The translations under genes were made by a program, and so were the position numbers. From a virus, in IMG/VR virus record IMGVR_UViG_3300028840_008180, positions 28,083-92,082 of that record: DNA of 64,000 bases; one strand, 5' to 3'. How positions within the stretch are numbered: the first letter of the stretch is position 1; each line of letters opens with the position of its first letter. The notes under the pieces are model-generated. The model saw nothing but the letters and a program-made list of their open reading frames with translations, was not told the DNA's origin and did not search any database. Below are positions 1 to 9,821 of the stretch, one piece after another.

Positions 1-1092
1 TTCCACGCCACGGCAGTCAAAACCACCGGGAACAATCGCACCGGACAAACCTTCAATGTAAGGTCGCACACTTCGCATGTCTTTGGCCGATTCGAGTGCT
101 TCTGCTGCTATCCATCTTATCTTCACCTTCACGTCGTTAGAAACGCCCGCATGATATAAGGCTTCCTTCAATGAAATGTACGCCTCATCACAATTCTCAT
201 ACTTACCAATGATACCTACTTCGATTTCTGGTAGGTCCACGGCGCTCATGTACTTCTCAACCAGATCACGGTACTTATGAATCCTTACGCCTTGCCGACG
301 CATGTGAAACTTGTCAGCAATAAGATCATCGATGTGCCGATTATAGAACTCGATGGGTACTTGGTAGATTGAGTCGACATCCGGTGCTTCGCAAACAAAG
401 TCACGGGGTAGGTTGGTTAGATGCGAGATTTTATCAAGGATTTTCTCAGGTACCGGGCGGTCGACACGACAGAGTAGTATGTCGGGATTGATACCGAAAC
501 CTTGTAATGATTTCACAGAGTTTTGGAGCGGTTTGGTCTTGAACTCCTTAATAGTCGGTATCCAAAGGATCGGTGCAACCATCAGTACAAGTACGTCATC
601 AGGGTTCTTTTGCTTATATTGCCTAATCGCCTCCAGATAAGGACCTGATTCGAGGTCACCAATCGTGCCACCGATTTCACAGATACAAACGTCACAATCG
701 GCACCCACGGTTTTGAATCGTTCTTGAATTTTATCAGTACAGTGTGGGATGATTTGTACCGTTTGACCTAGATAGTGACCTTCCTCTTCCTCATCCAGTA
801 TTTCTTTGTAAAGCCGACCGCTGGTAAAGATGTTATCAGAGGAGACTTCGATACCCGCAATTCGTTCATAATGCCCTAGGTCTAAGTCGGCTTCGGTACC
901 GTCATTACAAAGAAACACCTCGCCGTGTTGGCGAGGGTTCATGGTTCCAGCGTTGATATTGAGGTAAGGATCGAACTTGACTACCTGGACAGTCGCTCCC
1001 CGCATTTTCAAGAGAAGCCCTATGCTGGCGGAAGAGATACCCTTACCAGTTCCACTGATCACCCCACCGACAACGATAACATACTTGGCCAT
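1..1092 (-). CDS. pyrG: CTP synthase (runs off the left edge of the window)
   Basis: Not in the ORF track. Manual translation gives MAKYVIVVGGVISGTGKG...KFDPYLN...HGEVF..DG.EADLDLGHYER...EIGGTIGDLE...KTKPLQ...VPGGF, the amidoligase and glutaminase motifs of PyrG. Confidence 0.97.
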   Translation of the reverse strand, partial: MAKYVIVVGGVISGTGKGISSASIGLLLKMRGATVQVVKFDPYLNINAGTMNPRQHGEVFLCNDGTEADLDLGHYERIAGIEVSSDNIFTSGRLYKEILDEEEEGHYLGQTVQIIPHCTDKIQERFKTVGADCDVCICEIGGTIGDLESGPYLEAIRQYKQKNPDDVLVLMVAPILWIPTIKEFKTKPLQNSVKSLQGFGINPDILLCRVDRPVPEKILDKISHLTNLPRDFVCEAPDVDSIYQVPIEFYNRHIDDLIADKFHMRRQGVRIHKYRDLVEKYMSAVDLPEIEVGIIGKYENCDEAYISLKEALYHAGVSNDVKVKIRWIAAEALESAKDMRSVRPYIEGLSGAIVPGGFDCRGVE

Positions 1093-1104
1093 AAGATATC
1101 AGAG

Positions 1105-1302
1105 CTAGTCTTCCCCCAATGCTTCCTTAATTTCTACGAGTGGTATAATCCCCGACTGTGGCTTCCCGTTTTCATCAAGCCAAACACCTTTGTAGTGGCT
1201 TTCATTACCTTGCTTGTGAAGAAACACCTCCACTCGTCGGCCAAACCGCTTAAGCTGTATGGTTCGTCCGGTATAATCATTACTCTTCTTCTTCGTCATC
1301 AT
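1105..1302 (-). CDS. hypothetical protein
   Basis: ORF with AGGAG RBS before MMTKKK; operonic spacing. Confidence 0.6.
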   Translation of the reverse strand: MMTKKKSNDYTGRTIQLKRFGRRVEVFLHKQGNESHYKGVWLDENGKPQSGIIPLVEIKEALGED

Positions 1303-1480
1303 CTCTCCTGGGTTTGCGTAATACAACAACGAGACCGTTGTATTGGCCGCCCTCTGTCTTCTCTGGGTGTGAGAAGATGTTGAAGATTGTCCAATCGGTC
1401 TTTTCTTCGATCTCATTCAGTGTTTCGGTAAGCTCAATTCCGGTCGTCCGGATAGCTTTCCAGAGATACTTCGTTTTCAT
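1280..1480 (-). CDS. hypothetical protein
   Basis: 66-aa ORF with GGGAG RBS. Confidence 0.65.
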   Translation of the reverse strand: MKTKYLWKAIRTTGIELTETLNEIEEKTDWTIFNIFSHPEKTEGGQYNGLVVVLRKPRRDDDEEEE

Positions 1481-1492
1481 GGTATCTCCCTT

Positions 1493-1813
1493 CTATTGGT
1501 AGCCAAGCTGATCCCATATGAAATCTTCGTTGACGGCCTCGGGTGGCGCATCAACGTCCTGGGGTATCGGCAATGAGCTAATTCTTCCGGCTCGCTTATC
1601 TTTCAGAATGTCTCGCAGATCAGCGGTGTGGAAGATCATGTTCCATCTTATGGTAAGGTCGGCAACAGGTTCCTTCTCGTTGAAAATCTGTGCTTGTAGT
1701 GGTTCGATCATCTTCCTAAGTCGATCCTTGACATGAATGCCTATGAACTCCCGTGCCCGCATGGACATTTCGTCCAAGATGACCTCCAGTTCCTCATTGG
1801 TCAATTCTTTCAT
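1493..1813 (-). CDS. hypothetical protein
   Basis: GAGGT RBS before MKELTNEE, directly downstream of nrdJ. Confidence 0.65.
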   Translation of the reverse strand: MKELTNEELEVILDEMSMRAREFIGIHVKDRLRKMIEPLQAQIFNEKEPVADLTIRWNMIFHTADLRDILKDKRAGRISSLPIPQDVDAPPEAVNEDFIWDQLGYQ

Positions 1814-1824
1814 TCGTACACCTC

Positions 1825-4020
1825 TTAGATCAGTTCGCATGTCCCGCCTGAGCAGGCAACCTCCTCAAGCGGCTTAGTGTTGTCTTCGAGTTCAACTAAC
1901 CCCATATAATCTACATCGACATAACTGCGTCTCAAATCCAGCCATTTTTTCCAATTATTGACTTCCTTCATCAAATAGGTGCATCGTCGCACGTCTCCAT
2001 CGCAATATCTGTCGGCGAATTGTTTGACTCGTCTGATCCACTCTTCCTTGCGTTTTTGGTGTTCTTCGGTCTCCCCGTGCATCAATTTGCCGTTCAAACC
2101 TAATGCGGCATCACAGGCTGCCCAGAGGTTATCACGAAAGGCAGCTAACCCGTCCACAATGAGACCACTCGCTAGTAACGCTCCATCGCCATAGCGACTC
2201 AAAATTTCTCTCGGTGTATGTACATTTACCATTGGAGCCTGGGGATAGTCCAGATCACCTGAAACCGGTAGGAGACTAACACCGGCGAACCACTTGCGAT
2301 TTTTGTAGATAAAGTCGCAAATGTCGTCCCATTCGTCCTCATGTACGTTGATAGTGTTGCTCACATTATGTGTTAGCCACTCTTGGGTGCAAAGTTCCTT
2401 TCTCTTTCCGCCAGCCACCCAGTTCTGCTGGGTTGATTTAACGTTCTCTAGTAGTTCAACCGCTGACAGATCGTTCTTCGTCTTCGCTCCGTCAGGCACC
2501 TCCACACAAAACGTAATGATTTGATCGGTGTCGTTTGCACTCCATACACTCTTCTCACAAGCCTTTGGGTTGTAACCCTCGAAGTGCGTGAAGACCTCCT
2601 CCATTTCATTGGCCTGAACTCGTCGAAAGTAACGACGGGCGTGGTGCGGGTGAACACCACTAGCCGAACCTAAGATGCAACTGGCGGTGCCTGAGGGCTT
2701 GATGCAAGTACACCGTGCAGCAGGGTTAATACCAATTTTCTTCGCCATCCATTCATTCGTTTCAATGACAAGCTGCGCCATCTCACGTTGTAGTCTGGGG
2801 TTGAATGTTACATGGGGATTATCTTGCATGCCTGTAACGGATACGCCTAGTAACGCTTCCTTTTGAACAATCTCTTCAGTGACCTCCCCGAGGTATGGGA
2901 AAGAAGTGTAACCGGCTTGAAGTGTTCCTAAGATGGCGGCAGCACGGGCGGCTAGTGCAAAGTCTTCCTTGCATTTCACTTTCTTGCCGTTGATCTCTGA
3001 AAGGTTACACATTTGCACGCCGCTTTCACCGGTCTTCCAATGCACGGGCCAACCGCCAATTTCAACACACGGGTTCGGCAACTGCTCAGTTGAGTCGCTC
3101 CAATAGAACGCAGGTTCGCCAAACTGCTTGACAGAGTCAATCAGTTTGGCGAACTGCTCCTTCGTCACCTCGCCCCGCACCAACATAGCTGAGTTGTTAG
3201 ATCGCCCACGTTGTGGATTTTCTCTAAACCAGTTCCCCGTCTTGGCTTGGATCATCTCCTCGTCATCGAGTGAGAAGATGCAAATCGAAGCGGAACGTCG
3301 CACTCCACCCGACAGTACAGCGTCGGACGCATGCATCGTAATGTCGTAAGCGTCGATTGGCCGCAAGTGACTTTGCTTGGTCATGCGATCATCGAGAAGC
3401 TCCCGAATAATTTCCAATGATCTCTTCAATGGTTCTGGTCCTGGTGCTTTACCTGCGCATGAAGAGAGTGGTGAGCCTGCGGGTCGGATTAACGAGTAAT
3501 CAAACTTGACTTCACAATGTCGAAATTCTGGAAACTCTGGATGGTTGAAGTAACTTGCTAGAAGGACGCCAAGTGCATCAGCCCAACCTTCAATCGAGTC
3601 AGGGACTTTGAAGGTTTTTACTTTTTTCTTTTTAGAAACAAGATCGAATGGTGGTAGCTTTACAACGTGGTGCTTCTGGACGGAAAACCCAACACCAGAC
3701 CCGCAAAGGAGAAGCCAGAATGCTTCTTGAAAGAAACGGATGCGGTCGCAAAACGACATTGTACAATTATACAACCTAGCTGGATTTTTCTCGATGGGTC
3801 GGCCACCAAACTGTAGTGCTCGTTGCGAACCGAGTACCCTCTTCTCTTTCATCAACGGTCGTACCCATTCTATTTCCTCTTCAGCTTGTGGGTACCGCCG
3901 CAAGTGCATATCCATAACTCGATCAACTGCTTCATGCCATGTTTCTCGTCGTCGTTCATCGGAGTTGTATCTTGCGTATTTGCTGTAGTACGTATATTCC
4001 TGTAGCGCACGAATTGACAT
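1825..4020 (-). CDS. nrdJ: class II (adenosylcobalamin-dependent) ribonucleotide reductase
   Basis: RETW.E, YNC, SGGVRRSA, NPCVE active-site loop, CNLSE, IKPSGTAS, HNVSNT and C-terminal CSGGTC. Confidence 0.93.
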   Translation of the reverse strand: MSIRALQEYTYYSKYARYNSDERRRETWHEAVDRVMDMHLRRYPQAEEEIEWVRPLMKEKRVLGSQRALQFGGRPIEKNPARLYNCTMSFCDRIRFFQEAFWLLLCGSGVGFSVQKHHVVKLPPFDLVSKKKKVKTFKVPDSIEGWADALGVLLASYFNHPEFPEFRHCEVKFDYSLIRPAGSPLSSCAGKAPGPEPLKRSLEIIRELLDDRMTKQSHLRPIDAYDITMHASDAVLSGGVRRSASICIFSLDDEEMIQAKTGNWFRENPQRGRSNNSAMLVRGEVTKEQFAKLIDSVKQFGEPAFYWSDSTEQLPNPCVEIGGWPVHWKTGESGVQMCNLSEINGKKVKCKEDFALAARAAAILGTLQAGYTSFPYLGEVTEEIVQKEALLGVSVTGMQDNPHVTFNPRLQREMAQLVIETNEWMAKKIGINPAARCTCIKPSGTASCILGSASGVHPHHARRYFRRVQANEMEEVFTHFEGYNPKACEKSVWSANDTDQIITFCVEVPDGAKTKNDLSAVELLENVKSTQQNWVAGGKRKELCTQEWLTHNVSNTINVHEDEWDDICDFIYKNRKWFAGVSLLPVSGDLDYPQAPMVNVHTPREILSRYGDGALLASGLIVDGLAAFRDNLWAACDAALGLNGKLMHGETEEHQKRKEEWIRRVKQFADRYCDGDVRRCTYLMKEVNNWKKWLDLRRSYVDVDYMGLVELEDNTKPLEEVACSGGTCELI

Positions 4021-4168
4021 CTCTTTCTATCCTTCTAATTCTTGTGTGATCCCATTGAAGCGTAGAGATATGTAACAAATTCCATCCAAAAAATTGCACT
4101 TATTATGCGGTTAATTTTAGGTTAATAGGTTAATACAAAAATGTGGCTAAAACAGGTAAAAAAAGCCA

Positions 4169-7100
4169 CTAACCGATCCTTCTGGTGAAGCCATTTTGCT
4201 TCTGTACCATGATGGTTCTGACACCATCAAGCATCTGTCGAAGATGGGTGTTGTGAGTAACAACAAAGACTTGTTTTTCCTTCGCCAACTCACAGATAGT
4301 TTGGTAGATGCTTCTCACTCCTCGCTGGTCGATACTGTCAGAAACCTCGTCAAGGAAAACGAGGGATGGCCATGTTCCACTAGAGAACATCATTACATGA
4401 GCAAACGCCTGGGAGATAGCTAGGTTGATCCGTTTTCGCTCACCACCACATGTGACAGAGTAGCTGTAAGCTTTGCCCTTAATAGGCTTGATGGTGGCAT
4501 CTAAATGTCCATCGAAACTGACCTCCATGCGGCCATCCATCAGGTGTTCCATCCAGTAAGCAATCCTTGCGTTCAATGCCGGTGTAATACCTTCGATGAT
4601 ATAAGAGCGAATACCATTTGGGCCGAATACTTTGATTGCATACTTGTAGTAGGGAATGATTTCTTCTGTCGCCTTTACCTTGACATCTTGATCTTCCTTC
4701 TTCTCGATGATTTCGATAAGGTCTTTGCGAGCTTGTTTCAGAATCTCTACGTAAGGACCACCATCAACTAGTTCATCCTCCTTAGCTTGAATGCTTCTTT
4801 CTGTTTGAGACAGCTTTTCCTTCAGCACCAGTTCTGTTGAGGTGAGGTCAGGTCGTTGCACGCCCCCAAGCTCTTCCAGTCGACTCTTGTCGTTTTGAAT
4901 CGATTTCTTGATTGCATTCAGTTTGATACCAGCAATCCTCTTGAGTTCAGCTAGTTTGGCTAACGTTCCTTCATACTTTGCGATCTCAAGTTTGATGCTA
5001 TCCTTCCGGACTTCATTAGCATTGATCTTTGGTTCCAAATGGTCGATCTTATTGTTGTGAAGTTTGATCACATGCTTGTAGTGTTGTTTGTTAATAGGTC
5101 CATAACAGTGCGGGCACTTGGCACCTTCGGGAAGCTTATTGAGTTTAGCGATCTCTCCCTTGCACTTCTCACGTTCCTTTATCATGTCCCGCATTTCACG
5201 ATCTAGCGATTTGTAGCTAAGTTTCAACTCGTGAATCTTCAAGGAGACCTTGTTGTGATTCTCTTTGGTTTTCTGGAGCGCCTCATCCATGTTGGTCTCT
5301 TTAACGTCCTTATCAGCCAACCCATCTTGAATCGCCACAATTTCATTTTGTGCCCCTTCGTATTCGAGCAACGCCGAGCCGATATCCGTATTTCCGATTT
5401 GACCTTTGAGGACTTCGATTTGACCTTTGAGGGTCTCAATATCTTTGAGACAGTTAGCACGCCACGCTTTGTTTTGTTGCTCAACTTGCGAAATACGATC
5501 AAGGCACGACGCTTCCGATTCCTTGATCTGTTCGTAGGCGGTCATAAGCGATTTCAATTCCGCCTCGGTTGCTTTCAACTCCTTCTTAGCGGTCTCCAAG
5601 TAGTCGTTGTAGACTTCAAGTGACAGAAGGTTCTCGGCAATCGCTCGCTGCTCTTTTGAATCACACTCCAGAAAGTTGTATTCGTTGTGCTGTCCAAAGC
5701 AGACGACGTTCACAAATGCTTTGTGATTCATCTTGAGGATTTCTTCAATTCGCTTCTGCGTGGGTATCTGCCCACCACGACTATCCTCGTTGTTGTTCTT
5801 GGCTGGAGCATCAATCCATGGTGGGCCTCCTTGCCACAATCGGACAGTGTCGGGTTGTCGGGTGCGGACAATCCGGTACCGTACATCGTCGATGCTGAAG
5901 ATGATCTCAACCTCAAGCTTCTTACCTGTCCGGTTGTGGATGGCATCTGTATGCTTAACCTTCTTCCTAATGGTGTTACCATACAAACCGTAGACAACCA
6001 TTTCGGCTATGGTGGAGTTATGTACAACAGTAAAATCGGCCAAGAGAAACAAGTGGTTACCGTCAGTTTGGAAACCATAGTAATTTCCGGTGCCTATTGG
6101 TTGTACCGAAATACCTACCGTTAGCGGGTCTTTGGATTTAGATGTAGGTTGACAAGTTTTACGTGGTACTCTGGTTGGTATTTTTGAACAGTCGCCGCCA
6201 ATATGAACTCGCCAGTAAGTTCCGGTTGCTCCCGTTTGACATTTTTTTTGACATTCTTTGGGGTAAGCTGAGAAGCCTAATGATCTAGCGAGGTAAGCGA
6301 CATCAAATACTAACTTCTTGTTCTTATTTACAAACTCGAAACAGCCGCCGTTAAGGTGCCCATCCGAGTCCATGAGTCCAGCTAAAAGCTCCAAACGTAC
6401 TTGTCTTGAATTAGCCTTGTATTGTAAGGGCACATGTTTGTTGTCTATTAGCTGGTAAGACTTAAGGTCTTTTAGTAAAGAGTTACAATTACGTGGGAAG
6501 CAATCTTTGGGTGATGTGGCTTTATGCTCCATTTGAAGCCATTTACGAACTCTGTCTATCGACCGCCACACAGCGGCAACACTCGGTTTCTCCTCTTGGT
6601 ACCTAGAACAGTACTTCGGATATGATTTTCCAGCCTTCGTGGCAATTTCACTATAACACGCACCATTGAGATGTTGGTTGTAAATGAAAAACTCCGGAGG
6701 GTCGGGGCGAGCATCTAAATTATCACTATGAATGGCTAGGTGCGGAACATCTTTTGAGTTCTTAAATTCACGAACTTGTAAGTTGCGTGATGCTGCCTCG
6801 GTCTTCACCACTTCGTGTACCACCGAGTCAATGTTTGTAATAATGGTTCCGGTCGAATTTCCGTCCCCCAACCAAATACCCAAAAAATACGGATCGATTC
6901 TTATTGGAGCCTTAGGAAAATCTACTGCTGTTCTGTAACCGCCCATTAAGTGCTTAAACGTCTTTGATTGTTTGAGGTAATCCTTGACGCTGATATTGAA
7001 TATTGAAGAGTCCTCTTTGCTTGCGAATTTCGATTTGCTATACCGGTTGTACTTTTTGTCCTTAGTTTTCAACGTTAATATATGAGATTCGTTCACTACA

Positions 7101-7465
7101 TACGAGTCTCCTTTGTTAGGAATGACCCGGTATAGTGGTTCTCGACCACGAGCTAACTTAAGCACTTTGCGGGGTGACGAATCATTTCCCATCACCTCAT
7201 CGCCCACGACTATATCCTCTACCTTTTTGATAGTTCCATCATACATTAAGATGGGTGTGCCCTTACCAAAACATTTCCCCGCAGCATTCGAGTGGTACTC
7301 ATTGCCTGATTCGCTACACTCAAGTTCGTCCCACTCATCTTCATCGTGTAGGTCGAGATTACGACCTTTGATAAGAACGATGTTACCCAGTTCTGTGAAA
7401 TTTATTTCGATAGGTTCTTCGCCGATGCAAAAGAAGTTCTTTGCACGGATGTATTCAATTCTCAT
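4169..7465 (-). CDS. Rad50/SbcC-like recombination ATPase (T4 gp46-like), intein-containing
   Basis: Walker A NAAGK|ST split by an intein, Q-loop FGQ, coiled coil with CPHC zinc hook, CGGE signature, FLDE Walker B, VTH H-loop. Confidence 0.93.
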   Translation of the reverse strand: MRIEYIRAKNFFCIGEEPIEINFTELGNIVLIKGRNLDLHDEDEWDELECSESGNEYHSNAAGKCFGKGTPILMYDGTIKKVEDIVVGDEVMGNDSSPRKVLKLARGREPLYRVIPNKGDSYVVNESHILTLKTKDKKYNRYSKSKFASKEDSSIFNISVKDYLKQSKTFKHLMGGYRTAVDFPKAPIRIDPYFLGIWLGDGNSTGTIITNIDSVVHEVVKTEAASRNLQVREFKNSKDVPHLAIHSDNLDARPDPPEFFIYNQHLNGACYSEIATKAGKSYPKYCSRYQEEKPSVAAVWRSIDRVRKWLQMEHKATSPKDCFPRNCNSLLKDLKSYQLIDNKHVPLQYKANSRQVRLELLAGLMDSDGHLNGGCFEFVNKNKKLVFDVAYLARSLGFSAYPKECQKKCQTGATGTYWRVHIGGDCSKIPTRVPRKTCQPTSKSKDPLTVGISVQPIGTGNYYGFQTDGNHLFLLADFTVVHNSTIAEMVVYGLYGNTIRKKVKHTDAIHNRTGKKLEVEIIFSIDDVRYRIVRTRQPDTVRLWQGGPPWIDAPAKNNNEDSRGGQIPTQKRIEEILKMNHKAFVNVVCFGQHNEYNFLECDSKEQRAIAENLLSLEVYNDYLETAKKELKATEAELKSLMTAYEQIKESEASCLDRISQVEQQNKAWRANCLKDIETLKGQIEVLKGQIGNTDIGSALLEYEGAQNEIVAIQDGLADKDVKETNMDEALQKTKENHNKVSLKIHELKLSYKSLDREMRDMIKEREKCKGEIAKLNKLPEGAKCPHCYGPINKQHYKHVIKLHNNKIDHLEPKINANEVRKDSIKLEIAKYEGTLAKLAELKRIAGIKLNAIKKSIQNDKSRLEELGGVQRPDLTSTELVLKEKLSQTERSIQAKEDELVDGGPYVEILKQARKDLIEIIEKKEDQDVKVKATEEIIPYYKYAIKVFGPNGIRSYIIEGITPALNARIAYWMEHLMDGRMEVSFDGHLDATIKPIKGKAYSYSVTCGGERKRINLAISQAFAHVMMFSSGTWPSLVFLDEVSDSIDQRGVRSIYQTICELAKEKQVFVVTHNTHLRQMLDGVRTIMVQKQNGFTRRIG
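6017..7273 (-). mobile_element. intein (419 aa) with LAGLIDADG homing endonuclease
   Basis: Starts CFGKGT, has block B VNESH, LAGLIDADG-type LGIWLGDG and LAGLMDSDG, ends VVHN followed by Ser+1. Confidence 0.95.
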
Positions 7466-8541
7466 TCAACTTGACTCTTTTCGCAAATGTTCTTCAAAGT
7501 TGCCAGTAACTTATCAAAGTCAAGTCCTTTTGGAACTCCCTTCTCTTTGATGTATTCTTCTAGCATTTCTTCTTGGCCGCACGCAACAATGCGTTGTACG
7601 TCCTCAATCTTGTGCCTCGTTTTTACATCCTCTTTTCCCTTGGGTGAAGAAAACTCGAATGTGAGGATGTTGTGACTCTCCATCAAATCCTTTTTGAGGT
7701 CAACAAGATTTGTTGCAGAGATATCCTTTGGTTCCAACTTGATGAACGTGTTATCAAGGTCAAACGTCTCAAGTTCACTCTCCTTGACGATGAGATGCTT
7801 TGGTGAAAAGTCGTTGATCACATAATCCGTCTCTAACGTTTCTGTGTCCAACAATACCAAGTGCTTCTCTTGGAAGGCTTCTGCGAAATTGATCTCTAGT
7901 GGAGACCCAACATATTCGATGTTGTCGATTCGTTGGGCAGCGTGGTAGTGACCGAGGAAAACTCGTCTCCACGGTCGGAACTTCTCCGCATCAACATTCA
8001 CCATGTCTCCCTCATATTCCACTGACACATCTGCGTGTGTTTTGTAGAACGTATTCAACTGGGCTCCGTGCAATGCAATGTGACCGCACAATACAGGAGA
8101 CTGGCTATATGCGAAATGCTCTAGTTCGTCGAGGGGATTCAACGTGAATGGTAGGAAGTCAATGTCCAGACCTTCAATGTTGATCGTTTCACATTTAGTG
8201 ATGATGTTAACGTTGGGGATCGATCCGAGAGGGATGATGCTACTGATGTCAAGCTTGTCAGCGAACCACATATCATGGTTGCCGATTAACATGTGAAGCT
8301 TGAGAGGGGACCCTTCTTCGCCAACATACTTTTTGATGATTTCGTACGTGCGTTGATAAGGTAAGACCTGAATCTTTTCACGGTCTTGAAAAAGGTCACC
8401 AAGAAAGATGATGTGATGCGCTTCTTTTTCGAGCGCAGTTTCAAAAACCCATTTCAGAGCATCGAGACAGTGCTGCAAACGTCTGAGACTGTCTTTGTGT
8501 GCGGCAACATGAATGTCACCTGTCAGTAAAACCTTTGCCAT
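7462..8541 (-). CDS. Mre11/SbcD-like nuclease (T4 gp47-like)
   Basis: DIH, GDLF, GNHD and GHYH metallophosphoesterase motifs; overlaps the gp46-like start. Confidence 0.92.
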   Translation of the reverse strand: MAKVLLTGDIHVAAHKDSLRRLQHCLDALKWVFETALEKEAHHIIFLGDLFQDREKIQVLPYQRTYEIIKKYVGEEGSPLKLHMLIGNHDMWFADKLDISSIIPLGSIPNVNIITKCETINIEGLDIDFLPFTLNPLDELEHFAYSQSPVLCGHIALHGAQLNTFYKTHADVSVEYEGDMVNVDAEKFRPWRRVFLGHYHAAQRIDNIEYVGSPLEINFAEAFQEKHLVLLDTETLETDYVINDFSPKHLIVKESELETFDLDNTFIKLEPKDISATNLVDLKKDLMESHNILTFEFSSPKGKEDVKTRHKIEDVQRIVACGQEEMLEEYIKEKGVPKGLDFDKLLATLKNICEKSQVE

Positions 8542-9080
8542 TAGAATCCTGGGCCAATACCTGGAGGTCCACCCATCCCAGGTCCTGCCGCAGGTCCGCC
8601 CATCGGGGCAGGTCCCATCGGTGCTCCACCCATCGGCGGTGCGCCGGGCGGTGTTGGCGGTGGTGCCATACCCGGCTGCTCTGCACCAGGGGCAGGAGCT
8701 TGGGGAGGAGGAGTTTCTCCACTATCTTTAGTATCGGCAATAGGCTCCCCAGACAATAGTTTTTCTAACAAAGACCAGACATCTTTTGCATTGAGTTCTT
8801 GCTGTGGTGCTGCGGCCTGTCCTGGGGCCCCAGGAGGCCCGCCTAAGCCCGGTCCACCAAGCGGAGGTCCACCTAGTCCGCCGCCGCCCATTGGCGGTGG
8901 AGGGCCTCCTAAGCCGCCTAATGGCCTTCCTCCAAGACCACCACCCATTGGTTTCGGTCCACCAAGTCCTCCCGGTGGTGCGCCAGGGGGTGGTAAAGGA
9001 GCGCCAGCACCAAGACCCCCCGGAGGAGGTCCGCCTAGCGGCTGTTCGTTGATCTGTTTTATGAACGCTTTGAATCGCAT
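8541..9080 (-). CDS. Gly/Pro-rich protein with capsid-targeting-like N-terminus
   Basis: Starts MRFKAFIKQINE, 4 nt after TATATA; low-complexity G/P body. Confidence 0.7.
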   Translation of the reverse strand: MRFKAFIKQINEQPLGGPPPGGLGAGAPLPPPGAPPGGLGGPKPMGGGLGGRPLGGLGGPPPPMGGGGLGGPPLGGPGLGGPPGAPGQAAAPQQELNAKDVWSLLEKLLSGEPIADTKDSGETPPPQAPAPGAEQPGMAPPPTPPGAPPMGGAPMGPAPMGGPAAGPGMGGPPGIGPGF

Positions 9081-9251
9081 GTCGTATATATGCAAAGAAT
9101 TTTCGATATTCGAGCGAACATTTTGGGTCCGAGGAGCGTCTATGATAGTACTCCGGTGTAAAAGTGCGACAACTGACGGTTGTCTTAACATCGAGAGGAA
9201 AAATACTTCCCGGCGTTCCAGTGGGATGTCGGGCCAAAAATGAGGAATACG

Positions 9252-9332
9252 ATGAGAACTCTATTGTCCAGTTTGTTTAGTCTCAGCCTGTTATCATCGC
9301 TCTATAGCGATGGAATTGGAGGGTCTGTCTAA
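9252..9332 (+). CDS. attenuator leader peptide MRTLLSSLFSLSLLSSLYSDGIGGSV
   Basis: GAGGA RBS at 9242-9246; codons 4-19 are exclusively Leu/Ser/Phe/Tyr; immediately upstream of an intrinsic terminator. Confidence 0.85.
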   Translation: MRTLLSSLFSLSLLSSLYSDGIGGSV

Positions 9333-9400
9333 GCAGTCTTGGACATACGGGGAACAAAAAACCCCTTCGGCCCTCTCAGGAGAGCCGAAGGGGTTTTTTT
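9265..9400 (+). promoter_or_regulatory. ribosome-dependent transcription attenuator (protector/antiterminator/terminator)
   Basis: 1:2 pairs TGTCCA/TGGACA, TGTTTAG/CTAAGCA and CATCGCT/AGCGATG; 2:3 pairs GGAGGGTC(9318-9325)/GGCCCTCT(9369-9376) and GGGG/CCCC; 3:4 terminator. Confidence 0.8.
9356..9400 (+). terminator. intrinsic terminator of the attenuator
   Basis: AAAAAACCCCTTCGGC...GCCGAAGGGG followed by T7. Confidence 0.92.
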
Positions 9401-9509
9401 ATTGGTGTGATATGAAGCCGAAAGCGACAAAACCGAAGCGAAAGCGAAAAAAGAAGTCGTTGGATCACAAAGAGGCTGCGGAGACAGCCGATTGGTCGGC
9501 AGACAAAAA

Positions 9510-9583
9510 GGTACGGTAGCTCAGTCCGGTAGAGCACTTGGTTGAAGCCCAGGGTGTCGTCGGTTCAATTCCGACCCGTGCCA
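9510..9583 (+). tRNA. tRNA-Phe(GAA)
   Basis: Cloverleaf GGTACGG/CCGTGCC; anticodon loop TTGAAGC; T-loop TTCAATT. Confidence 0.93.
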
Positions 9584-9661
9584 CTTGCGGGAATGCCCGA
9601 AGGGATTACATTTCCAGAAAAGATGGTGACAGTCTCTTCATTGTTTTGTCCCGCACAAGTT

Positions 9662-9674
9662 TGATCTTTGACAA
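9662..9674 (+). promoter_or_regulatory. rrn-type boxA antitermination element
   Basis: TGATCTTTGACAA matches the boxA consensus (G[A/C/T]TCTTT[G/A]A[C/A]A); lies between tRNA genes and is flanked by hairpins. Confidence 0.65.
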
Positions 9675-9733
9675 TTTGGTAAACTCAGTGATCTTCGTGC
9701 CAAATCCAGGGCGTGCGAAAGTGCGCCCTATTT

Positions 9734-9815
9734 GGGTCGGCATCCCATTGGTGAGGGAAGCAGTCTGTAAAACTGTGGTCTAACGACTTTGGTGGTTCAA
9801 TTCCACCCCGGCCCA
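9734..9815 (+). tRNA. tRNA-Tyr(GTA)
   Basis: GGGTCGG/CCGGCCC; loop CTGTAAA; long variable arm. Confidence 0.93.
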
Positions 9816-9821
9816 CTTAAG

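Noticed and set aside
8541-9080. Collagen-like tail fibre
   Set aside because: Gly/Pro-rich but lacks sustained Gly-X-Y periodicity.
9240-9400. T-box riboswitch as the explanation for the leader
   Set aside because: No T-box consensus (GGTGG.ACC) or stem I motifs; an RBS-led codon-biased ORF explains it better.
9412-9519. 35-aa basic ORF (MKPKATKPKRKRKKK...) after the attenuator
   Set aside because: Weak RBS and it overlaps tRNA-Phe; it cannot be supported as a gene, although it is not excluded.
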